A DNA stretch of 64,000 nucleotides from Ignavibacteriaceae bacterium (GTDB lineage Bacteria; Bacteroidota; Ignavibacteria; Ignavibacteriales; Ignavibacteriaceae), in NCBI GenBank assembly GCA_023229425.1, contig JALNZG010000006.1, forward strand, positions 117,130 to 181,129, given 5' to 3'. The first letter of the stretch is position 1. Every line of letters begins with the position of its first letter. The translations under genes and the position numbers were made by a program. A model generated the notes under the pieces. It made no database searches. It saw only the letters and a program-made list of their open reading frames with translations, and had not been told where the DNA came from. Positions 51,807 through 61,692 of the stretch are shown piece after piece.

Positions 51807-52664
51807 ATGGGACGAAGGCATTTTTCAACACTAATTCTATTTCTACTTTTTTTGATAGAAATTTCCGCTCAACAAAATCCGGGGGCAAAATCTATCTCAC
51901 TCGCCAATGCAGATGTAGCTTTGAACAGCGATGCTTTTTCCCTTTTCACAAATCCCTCCGGTCTGGCGCAAATGAACTGGACAGAAGGCGGAGTATTTTA
52001 TTCCCCTTCCCCATTTGGTGTAAATGAACTTTCCAACACTTTTTTTGCCGCTTCAATTCCCACTAAATATGGTTCACTTGGATTTGGCGTTACTAATTAT
52101 GGTTTTGAGTTATACAAAGAAAATAAATTCGTTCTCGCTTATGCCAACAGATACGCAAAGAATTTTTTTTACGGTCTCTCACTTTCGCTCAATCATCTTT
52201 CAATAAAAAACTATGGTCAGGATAATGCACTCGTTTTTTCTCTCGGGGCGCTTTATTACGTTTCGCCTGATTTCCGGTTTGCCTTTACCGCCTATAATTT
52301 AAACAAAGCATCTTGGGGAAAGGAGAAAAATCAAATTCCGACAGTTTATAAATCGGGTATTAGTTACGATGTGTTGCAAAATGTAAGTTTAAATTTAGCT
52401 TTGGAAAATGAAGTCGGTTTTAACCCATCGTTACAGTGCGGAATTAATTACGACATCAACGAATACTTTTCTCTTAGAAGCGGATTTGCAAATGAGCCTA
52501 CAAAATACAGCGCCGGATTCGGTATCCATTATTCACAATTTGAAATTGATTACGCAATTTTCACTCATCAGGAACTTGGCTTAACTCACCAGTTTTCTGT
52601 TTTGTTTGGATTAGAAACGCTTGAAAACCGGGCGGATAAAATCAGGAAGTATTTAGGTTTTTGA
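51807..52664 (+). CDS. Outer-membrane beta-barrel protein (PorV-like)
   Basis: Signal peptide, GAKSISLA, NPSGLA, DYAIFTHQELGLTHQFS. Confidence 0.6.
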   Translation: MGRRHFSTLILFLLFLIEISAQQNPGAKSISLANADVALNSDAFSLFTNPSGLAQMNWTEGGVFYSPSPFGVNELSNTFFAASIPTKYGSLGFGVTNYGFELYKENKFVLAYANRYAKNFFYGLSLSLNHLSIKNYGQDNALVFSLGALYYVSPDFRFAFTAYNLNKASWGKEKNQIPTVYKSGISYDVLQNVSLNLALENEVGFNPSLQCGINYDINEYFSLRSGFANEPTKYSAGFGIHYSQFEIDYAIFTHQELGLTHQFSVLFGLETLENRADKIRKYLGF

Positions 52665-54697
52665 TCGAAATGAAAAAACTTTTTATTCCGGTTACTTTAC
52701 TTTTTTTGTCAGGCTTAGGTTATACATTCGCCCAAACCGATACTTCATCAACCGATATAGAAGAATCATTAGAAACTGTTCTTGAAGAAACAACCGATGA
52801 ATCCGATAATAATTTTCTTTATGATGAATTTGAAAATCTTGCCCGCCACCCAATAAATTTGAATACTTGTACAGCGGAAGAACTTATACAAATCCCGATA
52901 TTAGACTTGCCTGATGCAGCATTAATTATAGAACATAGAAAGAAATTCGGGATGTTCATTTCTTCCTCTGAGTTATTTTCAGTGGAAAATCTTAATTCCG
53001 ATAAAGTACAAAAACTTCTTCCGTTTGTTTTTGCTGAACAGTCGTCTTTCAAAGAGGAAAAGAAAACTATTCCGTCTGTTTCTTTTTTACACGATTTAAA
53101 TTTTGAATACCGTAGCCGCATCATTAGTGATCTTCAACCGCGCGCCGGATTCCTTGACAATGCTTATCAAGGAAATAAAATTAAATTTTACAACCGCGGT
53201 ATTTTTGAACTTGACAATACGTATCGTCTTTCTTTCCTCACAGAAAAAGATGCCGGAGAAAAGAGTCTGAACGATTTTACATCTTTTTCTCTTTCGGCAA
53301 AAAAACTTGGAAATTTTTCTTCTCTTGTTGTCGGAGATTATATTGTAGAGTTTGGACACGGGCTTGCACTTTGGTCTCCGTATGCACCTTCAAAGTCATC
53401 AGATATCGGTTTTGTAACGCGGCAGCGGGATAAAAATATCATTCCCTACAAAAGTACCGATGAAAATAATTTCTTTCGAGGCGCCGCTATTCAATATGAC
53501 TTGTATCCATTTAATTTTTCTCTTTATGCTTCCAACAATTTTTTTGATGCAAGCATTGATTCAGTACGAAATATTATTTCATCCATACCGATTGATGGAT
53601 ACCACCGAACAGAGATTGAATACACGAAAAAGAATACCGCCCGAGAACAATTTCTCGGCGGAAGGATTGATTATGATGTTTCGAATGCACTTCAAGTTAG
53701 CGGACTTTATTATTCATCCACTTATTCCCTTCCGATTGAAACTTCGAGCAGCGCTGTTTCCGCAAAAGGAAAAACCTTTGCACATTATTCAATTGCTTAT
53801 TCTTACTTGCCTGCCGACAAGGCAGGTGAACAAAGTTCATTTATTGCCTCGGGAGAATTTTCTTTTAATGGAATTTCTGTCGCTCAGCTTCATTCATTGC
53901 AAAAAACTTTCTCAAGGAATTTCAGTTATGTTTTCTCTGTTAGAAGTTATCCGCGGAATTACTACTCGCTTCACGGACGGGCATTTGCGGAAAATCCTTA
54001 CGACCTTCAAAACGAAATCGGTTTATACAACGGAATACTTTTTTCTACCTCGTTTGGCAAAATTAGTTTTTACTACGACCAATTTATGTTTCCCGCGGGG
54101 ACCGGCTCGACTCCACTATCTTCAAAAGGAAACGAAGTTCTTTTAAATGTGGTTTCCCGAATATCTAAAAATATTGAGACAACACTCCGATATAAAAATG
54201 AAAAGAAGGATGTGGTAATAACCGGCAAAGAAGTAAAAGAATTTACGGAAAGGTTTCGTCAGCAAGTTCGTTTTGAAACCACGTTTCCTGTTTCTTCAAA
54301 ACTTTATTTGAAAAACAGAATAGAATACAATTCATATTCCTTGAAGAAGGATTCATTTAATGAAAAAGGCTGGCTCTTTTTTCAAGATGTGAAATACAAA
54401 ATAGAAGGTGATCTTTCACTTTACGGGAGAATTATTTTCTTCAAAACCGATTCTTTCAATTCTGCAATTTATGAGTTTGAAAATGATCTTCCGGGGATAA
54501 TGTCCAATCTTGCAATGTATGGTGAAGGTTTTCGCTGTTATTTGCTTGTGAAGGTTAAATTGTTGAACAGATTAGCTGTTTCATTTAAATATTCGGAAAC
54601 CACAAAACCAAAAGAAAAAACATTAAGCAGCGGCACTTCAGAAATTTTTACAAATGTGGATAACAACTTCCATCTACAATTAGAACTTGCCCTTTAG
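52661..54697 (+). CDS. ComEA-like helix-hairpin-helix domain plus outer-membrane barrel protein
   Basis: PINLNTCTAEELIQIP, EKDAGE, VGDY..FGHGL, YEFEND. Confidence 0.78.
   Translation: MIEMKKLFIPVTLLFLSGLGYTFAQTDTSSTDIEESLETVLEETTDESDNNFLYDEFENLARHPINLNTCTAEELIQIPILDLPDAALIIEHRKKFGMFISSSELFSVENLNSDKVQKLLPFVFAEQSSFKEEKKTIPSVSFLHDLNFEYRSRIISDLQPRAGFLDNAYQGNKIKFYNRGIFELDNTYRLSFLTEKDAGEKSLNDFTSFSLSAKKLGNFSSLVVGDYIVEFGHGLALWSPYAPSKSSDIGFVTRQRDKNIIPYKSTDENNFFRGAAIQYDLYPFNFSLYASNNFFDASIDSVRNIISSIPIDGYHRTEIEYTKKNTAREQFLGGRIDYDVSNALQVSGLYYSSTYSLPIETSSSAVSAKGKTFAHYSIAYSYLPADKAGEQSSFIASGEFSFNGISVAQLHSLQKTFSRNFSYVFSVRSYPRNYYSLHGRAFAENPYDLQNEIGLYNGILFSTSFGKISFYYDQFMFPAGTGSTPLSSKGNEVLLNVVSRISKNIETTLRYKNEKKDVVITGKEVKEFTERFRQQVRFETTFPVSSKLYLKNRIEYNSYSLKKDSFNEKGWLFFQDVKYKIEGDLSLYGRIIFFKTDSFNSAIYEFENDLPGIMSNLAMYGEGFRCYLLVKVKLLNRLAVSFKYSETTKPKEKTLSSGTSEIFTNVDNNFHLQLELAL
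53809..53826. repeat. 18-bp palindromic insertion, in frame
   Basis: G-CCTGCC-GACAA-GGCAGG; removal changes SYLPADKAGEQ to SYFEQ. Confidence 0.7.
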
Positions 54698-54800
54698 CTA
54701 GTTAGCAAAACAGAAAAAAGTTATCTCATAACCAGATATCGGAAAGGTTGAGTGTTTTCCATTCAGTCTTGCAATCTTAGCGCGGTGAAGCCGCCAACCT

Positions 54801-54942
54801 CCCGCCTCAGGCGGGTTGATCTCAGTCCGCCGCGGCGGAAAGGATTAACGATTTTTGATTTTAGAAGCTAAAAAAAATCAAAAATCGTCCCGCTTAGGCG
54901 GGATTAATCCCCGTCTGAGCCGGGCAGGCTTGTTCGTAAATC
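54801..54942. repeat. Inverted heptamer element with four GC-rich palindromes
   Basis: Palindromes at 54801-54815, 54826-54839, 54888-54903 and 54910-54928; scaffold matches 11488-11527. Confidence 0.85.
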
Positions 54943-55085
54943 TTGTCCGAAAAAACAAGAATTTAACTGAGGATACTATTCATTCGAGGGTGATACTCTG
55001 TCTCGTTCAGGTCAAGTTATATTTCTTTTGATTAAGCTAAAAATGTTTTGTCGTTCCTTGTTTCTAAAAAAATATTCCTCTATTT

Positions 55086-55108
55086 TTATGTAGATTAAAT
55101 CTAAATAG
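55086..55108. promoter_or_regulatory. Candidate Fur-family operator
   Basis: TTATGTAGATT-A-AATCTAAATAG inverted repeat just upstream of fur-feoAB. Confidence 0.6.
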
Positions 55109-55123
55109 TATGAGAAAGCACCT

Positions 55124-55579
55124 TTGGCGATAAAAAAAGCAACCGATATTTTTAGAGAATTTCTAAAAAACGGAAGTAACAGAATAACCCCGGAACGCTT
55201 CGAGATTCTCGATGCGGCTTTGGAATGCAACGGACATTTTTCTGCGGATGAACTCTTCATCGAAATGAAAAAGAAAAATTCCAGAATCTCCCGCGCAACG
55301 GTTTACAATACCCTTGATTTATTAGCGCAATGCGAACTCCTTTCTACCCGTAACTTTGGCGATAATATGAAGCGGTTTGAAAGCAATTTTAAAAAACAGA
55401 TGCATGACCATCTCATTTGTCTTGACTGCGGAAGAATTCTTGAATTTACTTCCACAGGCTTGGATAAAATCGAACAGCAAGTTTGCCGGGATTTAGATTT
55501 TTTCCCTTCAAGTTATTCATTTAATATTTTTGCGCGATGTAAAAAAGGAAAGAACTGTAAATATTATCATGGGAAGTAA
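55124..55579 (+). CDS. fur: Fur family transcriptional regulator
   Basis: RITPER, HFSADEL, SRATVYNTL, HDHLICLDCG. Confidence 0.9.
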   Translation: MAIKKATDIFREFLKNGSNRITPERFEILDAALECNGHFSADELFIEMKKKNSRISRATVYNTLDLLAQCELLSTRNFGDNMKRFESNFKKQMHDHLICLDCGRILEFTSTGLDKIEQQVCRDLDFFPSSYSFNIFARCKKGKNCKYYHGK

Positions 55580-55802
55580 AACGTTAGACAAAATAAAAAA
55601 AGGAACTTACTTTACTATTGAAAAACTTCCTTCAGGGATAGTTAAAGTGCAGCTTATCCGCCTTGGGTTATCGGAAGGTGATACAATTTTTTGCTTAGAG
55701 CGGTTACCCGGTGGAACGATCATCGTTCAAAAGAACCGGCAGGAAATTGCAATCGGATTTGAGCTTGCTAAGTTAATTTCAGTAAGAATTAAAATTATTT
55801 GA
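55569..55802 (+). CDS. feoA: Ferrous iron transport protein A
   Basis: LIRLGLSEG, EIAIG..LA..I; lies between fur and feoB. Confidence 0.85.
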   Translation: MGSKTLDKIKKGTYFTIEKLPSGIVKVQLIRLGLSEGDTIFCLERLPGGTIIVQKNRQEIAIGFELAKLISVRIKII

Positions 55803-57841
55803 GAAAAAATTTGAAAGATATCATCGAACATAAGGAACATCACTTACATCTGGATAATATTTTATCCGAAGGAACAAAAAACGGATTACCAAAAATCGTT
55901 CTAGCGGGAAATCCGAATGTCGGGAAGTCACTTTTCTTTAATTATCTCAGCGGAACTTATGTTGATGTCTCGAACTTTCCCGGAACAACGGTCTCGATAA
56001 CAAAAGCGCTTTACAAAAATTCTGAAGTATATGATACACCCGGTGTATATGGTGTTTCGTCTTTTAACGACGAAGAAAAAGTTGCCCGTGATATTATTCT
56101 TGAAGCAGACATCGTTATTAATATAGTTAATGCACTTCATCTTGAAAGAGATTTGTTCCTAACTCTTCAATTGATTGATATGGGAAAAAAAATCTCTGTT
56201 TTTCTAAATTTTAATGATGAATTAAAAAAAAGAAAGATATTAATTGATCCAAAGAAACTTTCTGAACTGCTTGGTGTACCCGTATATGAAGCCTCAGCCG
56301 TAAAGAAAATGGGATTTGAAAAACTTGACGAAGCAATTGCAGATGCAAAAGTCGGGATACAGCCGGACGCATTGCATCACGTATTGCATGAAACTTTAAA
56401 CCGGGTGGGATCCCAAGCTGAAGCGCTGTTAATTATCGAGGGAGATGAAATCATTGCGGAAAGGCACAGCGTCCCTTGCGGTTCCGGTGATGAACGGGAA
56501 ATTATTTATATCGAACGAAGAAACCGTGTGAATGAAATTGTTTCAACGGTCGAACGTGAAGATTCTTCAAGAGGACTTTTCTTTAATGCGTTAGGAAAAT
56601 ATTCGCTAAATCCGGTTACGGGAATTCCAATTTTACTTGTGATGCTTACGGTTCTTTATTTTTTTATCGGAGATTTTGTTTCGCAAAGAGTTGTAAACTT
56701 TACTGAAAAAACGATCGGCAAAAAATATTTTGAGTATTATCTGAAATCCTATGTGGCAAATTATACTCCTTCAGAAATTTCGGTTATCATAAAGGATGAG
56801 GAAGACCCAGCGAAAAGATTAAGAGTTTATTCTTTTAAAGAAAATTTGAACGAGGATCAAAAAGTAAAACAAGAATTTAAGCATGTTTCACGAGATGAAA
56901 ATGCGGTTGTTGATTTTAAATTTTCTAATTTGATCGCAAAACTTTTATTTGGAGAATTCGGCATAATCAGCATGACGATTACCTATCTGTTGTTTCTTCT
57001 TCTTCCGCTTGTTGCCGCATTTTATTTTGCGATGGCTTTGATGGAAGACAGCGGATATCTTCCGCGCCTGGCAACAATGCTTGATAGAATGATGAATAGA
57101 ATAGGACTGAACGGCAGAGCCGTCATCCCCATCATGCTCGGTTTCGGATGCGTTACCATGGCTACCATCACTACTCGCCTGCTCGGAAGCGAAAGAGAAA
57201 AAACCATCGCTACAGCAATTCTTATGTACGTTATTCCTTGTTCGGCACAACTTGCAGTAATTGCCGTACTGTTAAGCGGAGCCGGATTCCTTCCTATTCT
57301 CATTTATGTTTCCGTCATTTTTTCAACGCTTGTCGTTATATCTACAACTTTAAATAAATTCTTACCAGGGCAATCAACTCCTCTCTTAATTGATTTGCCG
57401 ATTATGCGTCTTCCAAAATTAGATAATGCCTTCAAAAAAACTTTTTTCAGAACATATGGATTTATGAAAGAAGCATCCGTTTGGTTTTTTGTAGGGGCAT
57501 TGTTTGTAGGCTTGTTGGATGTTACCGGTTTGTTAGTTCTCTTTCAAGATATTCTTGCGCCGATTACAACGCATTGGCTTAAGCTGCCAAAAGAAGCGGC
57601 GACTGCTTTTGTTATGGGTGTTGTAAGAAGAGATTTCGGGGCGGCTGGATTATTCGGTTTACATTTAATGCCGATGCAAATCACCGTTGCGCTTATAACT
57701 ATAACTTTATTTGTTCCTTGTATTGCAGCCTTTATTATCATGATTAAAGAGCGCGGAATGAAAGAAGGATTGATCATCTGGTTTAGTGCATGGATATTTG
57801 CGTTTTTAATCGGCGGAATTGTTGCTCAAATAATTATTTAA
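55799..57841 (+). CDS. feoB: Ferrous iron transport protein B
   Basis: GNPNVGKS, NFPGTTV, DTPG, EDSGYLPR, GFGC, IPCSAQ, LFVPCIA. Confidence 0.95.
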   Translation: MRKNLKDIIEHKEHHLHLDNILSEGTKNGLPKIVLAGNPNVGKSLFFNYLSGTYVDVSNFPGTTVSITKALYKNSEVYDTPGVYGVSSFNDEEKVARDIILEADIVINIVNALHLERDLFLTLQLIDMGKKISVFLNFNDELKKRKILIDPKKLSELLGVPVYEASAVKKMGFEKLDEAIADAKVGIQPDALHHVLHETLNRVGSQAEALLIIEGDEIIAERHSVPCGSGDEREIIYIERRNRVNEIVSTVEREDSSRGLFFNALGKYSLNPVTGIPILLVMLTVLYFFIGDFVSQRVVNFTEKTIGKKYFEYYLKSYVANYTPSEISVIIKDEEDPAKRLRVYSFKENLNEDQKVKQEFKHVSRDENAVVDFKFSNLIAKLLFGEFGIISMTITYLLFLLLPLVAAFYFAMALMEDSGYLPRLATMLDRMMNRIGLNGRAVIPIMLGFGCVTMATITTRLLGSEREKTIATAILMYVIPCSAQLAVIAVLLSGAGFLPILIYVSVIFSTLVVISTTLNKFLPGQSTPLLIDLPIMRLPKLDNAFKKTFFRTYGFMKEASVWFFVGALFVGLLDVTGLLVLFQDILAPITTHWLKLPKEAATAFVMGVVRRDFGAAGLFGLHLMPMQITVALITITLFVPCIAAFIIMIKERGMKEGLIIWFSAWIFAFLIGGIVAQIII

Positions 57842-57848
57842 TTTTATT

Positions 57849-58583
57849 ATGATGAAAAAGAAACTAAGAAATCCAACACCAAAATTTCCAATCGTTTGGA
57901 AGAAAAAAGATTTTTCAATTAAAATCTTTTGTTCAATCCCAAATATCGCAACCGGGATTTTACTCACTGCAGGCGAGAACCATTTTGTAATTGATCCGGG
58001 CGATGGAATTTTACGGGACTTGAGTAAAGAGCTTGGCGTGGAAAGTCTGAAAAATATTTGTAATATTTTCGTTACTCATGGGCACCATGACCATCTCGGC
58101 GGTGTTTGGTCCCTGCTTACGTATTTACGTGTAATGAATAAAACGTCTCCACTCAAAATTTATTATCCTTCCGGATGTATTGAGATAGAAAGTATTTATC
58201 ATGCTTTTACAAAAGTTTATTCACACAACCTTCCTTATAAAATTGAATTAAAGAAAATTAGCGAGGGGAAAAAAATCACTATTAAAAATGTTAAGGTTAA
58301 ACCGTTTGCCGTAATTCATAAAGAATATCTCTCGAACACAAAAGAAAAAAGAGCCGTACCCGCATTGGGTTTTCATTTCAAATACAATGGCAAAACCATT
58401 TGTTATGGCGGAGATACCGGCTATTGTGATTCGTTGGTAAAAGCGGCAAAGGGCGCTGATCTGGCAATTCTTGAAGCGGGACACGAAGATGCCGCATCCG
58501 ATGATATGCACATGACAATGGAAGAAGCACAATCAATCGGGAAATCTGCAAAGGAATTTGTTCTCGTCCATATCCCCGAATAA
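57849..58583 (+). CDS. MBL-fold metallohydrolase (RNase Z-like)
   Basis: IDPGDG, THGHHDHLGG, YGGDT, ADLAILEA, LVH. Confidence 0.8.
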   Translation: MMKKKLRNPTPKFPIVWKKKDFSIKIFCSIPNIATGILLTAGENHFVIDPGDGILRDLSKELGVESLKNICNIFVTHGHHDHLGGVWSLLTYLRVMNKTSPLKIYYPSGCIEIESIYHAFTKVYSHNLPYKIELKKISEGKKITIKNVKVKPFAVIHKEYLSNTKEKRAVPALGFHFKYNGKTICYGGDTGYCDSLVKAAKGADLAILEAGHEDAASDDMHMTMEEAQSIGKSAKEFVLVHIPE

Positions 58584-58651
58584 ATTTTTTCAGTTTTTCT
58601 TAGTAACTATTCTTATCTTTTAAACAATATTTAAAACTAATTTGGAGCTGT

Positions 58652-59680
58652 ATGAAATACTTTCTTTTTTTATTCATGACCGGAATTCTTTTTTGCCAAA
58701 CTTCCGATTCTCTCCGGTTTCCCGAAGAAAGACATTTTAAAAATATACGAATGCTTACACCGGAAGGCGAAAATGCCGAAGCATATCTTTCCTTTGATGA
58801 AAAAAAATTAATTTATCAATCTACTCACGGAAGCCTTCAATGCGATCAAATTTTTACTATGAATATTAACGGTAGTGATAAAAAACTTGTTTCAACAGGA
58901 AAAGGAAGAACGACTTGCTCTTATTTTCTTCCGGGAGATTCTTTAATTATTTATGCTTCAACTCATCTCGATAACGAAAACTGTCCTCCGCTGCCGGATA
59001 AATCGAAAGGTTATGTTTGGAAGTTGTATGAATCATTCGATATTTTTTCCGCAAAAACAGACGGCACAAATCTCAAAAGGTTAACTTCAACTTATGGTTA
59101 TGATGCCGAAGCTACCGTCTCTCCAAAAGGAGATAAAATAATCTTCACTTCAACTCGCGATGGGGACCCGGAGTTATATTTAATGGATTTTGACGGCTCA
59201 AATCAAACAAGACTTACATTTGAAAAAGGATATGACGGCGGCGCATTCTTCTCACTCGACGGATCGAAAATTGTGTTCCGTGCAAGTCGTCCGAAAACCG
59301 AGCATGAATTTGAAGACTATAACGACTTAGTTAAAAACGGTTACGTTCGTCCGACTGCATTAGAGATTTTTACAATGGATGCAGACGGAAAAAATATAAA
59401 ACAGATCACTCATCTTAATAAAGCAAGTTTTGCTCCTTTCTTTTCTCCGGACATGCATAAAATTATTTTCTCTTCCAACTCCGGAAGCAAAACCGGTAGA
59501 GATTTTAATTTGTTTATGATTAATGCTGATGGCACCGGTATAGAACAAATTACATTTTACGAATCGTTCGACGGATTCCCGATGTTTACAAGGAATGGGA
59601 AACATTTAATTTTTGCTTCAAACCGGTTCAACAAAAAAGAGGGCGATACAAATATTTTTATAGCAGATTGGATTGAATAA
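58652..59680 (+). CDS. PD40/TolB-like beta-propeller protein
   Basis: GENAEAY, GYDAEATVSPKG, YDGGAFFS, FDGFPMF repeats. Confidence 0.85.
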   Translation: MKYFLFLFMTGILFCQTSDSLRFPEERHFKNIRMLTPEGENAEAYLSFDEKKLIYQSTHGSLQCDQIFTMNINGSDKKLVSTGKGRTTCSYFLPGDSLIIYASTHLDNENCPPLPDKSKGYVWKLYESFDIFSAKTDGTNLKRLTSTYGYDAEATVSPKGDKIIFTSTRDGDPELYLMDFDGSNQTRLTFEKGYDGGAFFSLDGSKIVFRASRPKTEHEFEDYNDLVKNGYVRPTALEIFTMDADGKNIKQITHLNKASFAPFFSPDMHKIIFSSNSGSKTGRDFNLFMINADGTGIEQITFYESFDGFPMFTRNGKHLIFASNRFNKKEGDTNIFIADWIE

Positions 59681-59698
59681 AATAAAAGGATCATTCAA

Positions 59699-61492
59699 AT
59701 GAAAAAAAACTTTTCGGTACTACTTGTTCTTTTTGCATGCAGTTTTCTTTCTCCCCAGGTTAAACAGCACGAGAGTGCTATTACTGCAAAAGAGATTATC
59801 GGTCACATTTCCTATCTTGCTTCGGATGCCATGAAAGGAAGAGCAAGCGGAAGTAAAGAAATTATTGTTGCCGCTAATTACATCAAAGATCAATTTAATT
59901 TATTCGGATTAAAACCGCTTTTTAAAAATTCTTTCTTTCAAGAATATTCTTTCATCTCCGATGTGAAAGCTTCCAAAAACAATTCTCTTTCTTTTAAGGT
60001 AAAAGGTAAAGAAATTAAATTGAAATATGGAAAAGATTTTGTGGCTACTCCCTTTTCCGGAACAAGTAAAAGCAAAGCGAAATTAGTTTTTGCCGGATAT
60101 GGAATTGCTGCCCCGAAATTGAATTATGATGATTACAAGAGCCTTGATGTGAAAGGGAAAATTGTTATTGTGATGAAAAATAATCCCGAATATGATAATC
60201 CGCATTCTGAATTTGATAAATTCTCCAGCTTACGGTTGAAAGCAACTCTCGCAAAAGAAAAAGGAGCTTTGGGAATTATTTTCGTTAACGGTCATCTGCC
60301 GAAAGATTCATCCGACGATCTGATAAAATTCAAATACGATAGAGCAGGCGGAGTTAAAAATTTTTCAGTCGTTCATGCTAAAAGAAATTTTATTGATAAA
60401 ATCTTTGAAGCTGAAAACCAAAATTTTGCTCAGCATCAAAAGATGATGAAAGATAGTAACAAAACCGCTTCATTTGAATTTGTAAAATCTTCAGCACAAT
60501 TAACAACTGAAATAAAAGAAGTTGAATCGAAAACTTTAAATGTTTGCGGTTATTTAGAAGGGACCGATCCAAAATTAAAAGATGAATTTCTCGTTATCGG
60601 CGCTCATTATGATCATTTGGGAATGGGGGGTGACGGATCTCTTTACAAAGGAACGGATGAGCAAATCCATAACGGTGCAGATGATAACGCTTCCGGCACA
60701 ACCGGAGTTCTTGAGCTCGCAGAAAAATTTGCTTCGCAAAAAGCGCAATTAAAGAGAAGTATTATTTTTGTAACTTTTTCAGGTGAAGAATTAGGACTGC
60801 TTGGTTCAAATTATTTTGTTAATAATCCTCCCGTTCCGGTAGAAAAAATGGTAACAATGCTTAACCTTGATATGATCGGAAGATTAAACACTGAAAATGC
60901 GCTCACTATTTACGGAACAGGAACTTCATCAAAGTGGAAAGATTTGCTTAACGAAAAAAACACAGCATCTTTTAAATTAGCGTTTAACGATGAAGGATTT
61001 GGACCAAGTGATCACTCATCCTTTTATGGAAAAGCCATTCCCGTGCTTTTCTTTTTCACCGGAGTTCATTCTGATTATCACCGTCCGGCTGACGATGCCG
61101 ATTTAATTAACTCGACCGGGGAAGAAAAAATTCTGAATTATGTTTTTGATGTTGCAAATGCTCTTGCCGTACAACCGGAAAAACCGGATTATATAAATGT
61201 TCCGAGAAAAGAACAAAGTTCAGGCGGATGGAAAGTTTACGTTGGAACGGTTCCTGATTATTCAAGTAATAGTGAAGGTTTTAAACTTTCCGGTGTAAGC
61301 CCGGGAAGTCCTGCAGAAAAAGCCGGATTAAAAGCCAATGATATTATGCTCAAGTTTGGCGATAAAAAAATTGAGAATATTTATGATTACGTTTATGCCC
61401 TGCAAGACCATGTTCCCGGTGATGTAGTTGAAGTTCAAGTTAAAAGAAATAATGAATTGCTTACAGTAAAAGTTACGCTCGGGGCAAAATAA
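59699..61492 (+). CDS. M28 family peptidase with PA and PDZ domains
   Basis: GAHYDHLG, NGADDNASG, FSGEELGLLGS, NLDMIG, SDH, DYH; C-terminal PDZ GSPAEKAG. Confidence 0.92.
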   Translation: MKKNFSVLLVLFACSFLSPQVKQHESAITAKEIIGHISYLASDAMKGRASGSKEIIVAANYIKDQFNLFGLKPLFKNSFFQEYSFISDVKASKNNSLSFKVKGKEIKLKYGKDFVATPFSGTSKSKAKLVFAGYGIAAPKLNYDDYKSLDVKGKIVIVMKNNPEYDNPHSEFDKFSSLRLKATLAKEKGALGIIFVNGHLPKDSSDDLIKFKYDRAGGVKNFSVVHAKRNFIDKIFEAENQNFAQHQKMMKDSNKTASFEFVKSSAQLTTEIKEVESKTLNVCGYLEGTDPKLKDEFLVIGAHYDHLGMGGDGSLYKGTDEQIHNGADDNASGTTGVLELAEKFASQKAQLKRSIIFVTFSGEELGLLGSNYFVNNPPVPVEKMVTMLNLDMIGRLNTENALTIYGTGTSSKWKDLLNEKNTASFKLAFNDEGFGPSDHSSFYGKAIPVLFFFTGVHSDYHRPADDADLINSTGEEKILNYVFDVANALAVQPEKPDYINVPRKEQSSGGWKVYVGTVPDYSSNSEGFKLSGVSPGSPAEKAGLKANDIMLKFGDKKIENIYDYVYALQDHVPGDVVEVQVKRNNELLTVKVTLGAK

Positions 61493-61506
61493 TTACTCGT
61501 TTCACG

Positions 61507-61546
61507 AAAGCGAAGATGATGCAGAAACTTCACTTCGCTTTTTTTT
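61507..61546 (+). terminator. Intrinsic terminator
   Basis: AAAGCGAAG...CTTCGCTTT stem followed by a T run. Confidence 0.6.
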
Positions 61547-61692
61547 ATTTCGATTTTTTGCATTAGCAAAACATTGAATTGATTTAGCGCAACTTATCTG
61601 TTTCCGCGAAAGAATTATACCTCTTTTCCCCTAAGTTTTCTTAATTTCATTATAAGAAATTAAGAAATTATTATAACCCTCTTGGAACTCTA

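Noticed and set aside
53460..54146. 228-aa alternative-frame ORF, and the many short antisense ORFs in the track
   Set aside because: They overlap well-supported genes and show no motifs; treated as shadow ORFs
54801..54815. GC palindromes as simple intrinsic terminators
   Set aside because: No U-tracts, several lie inside genes, and they interrupt a recognisable scaffold
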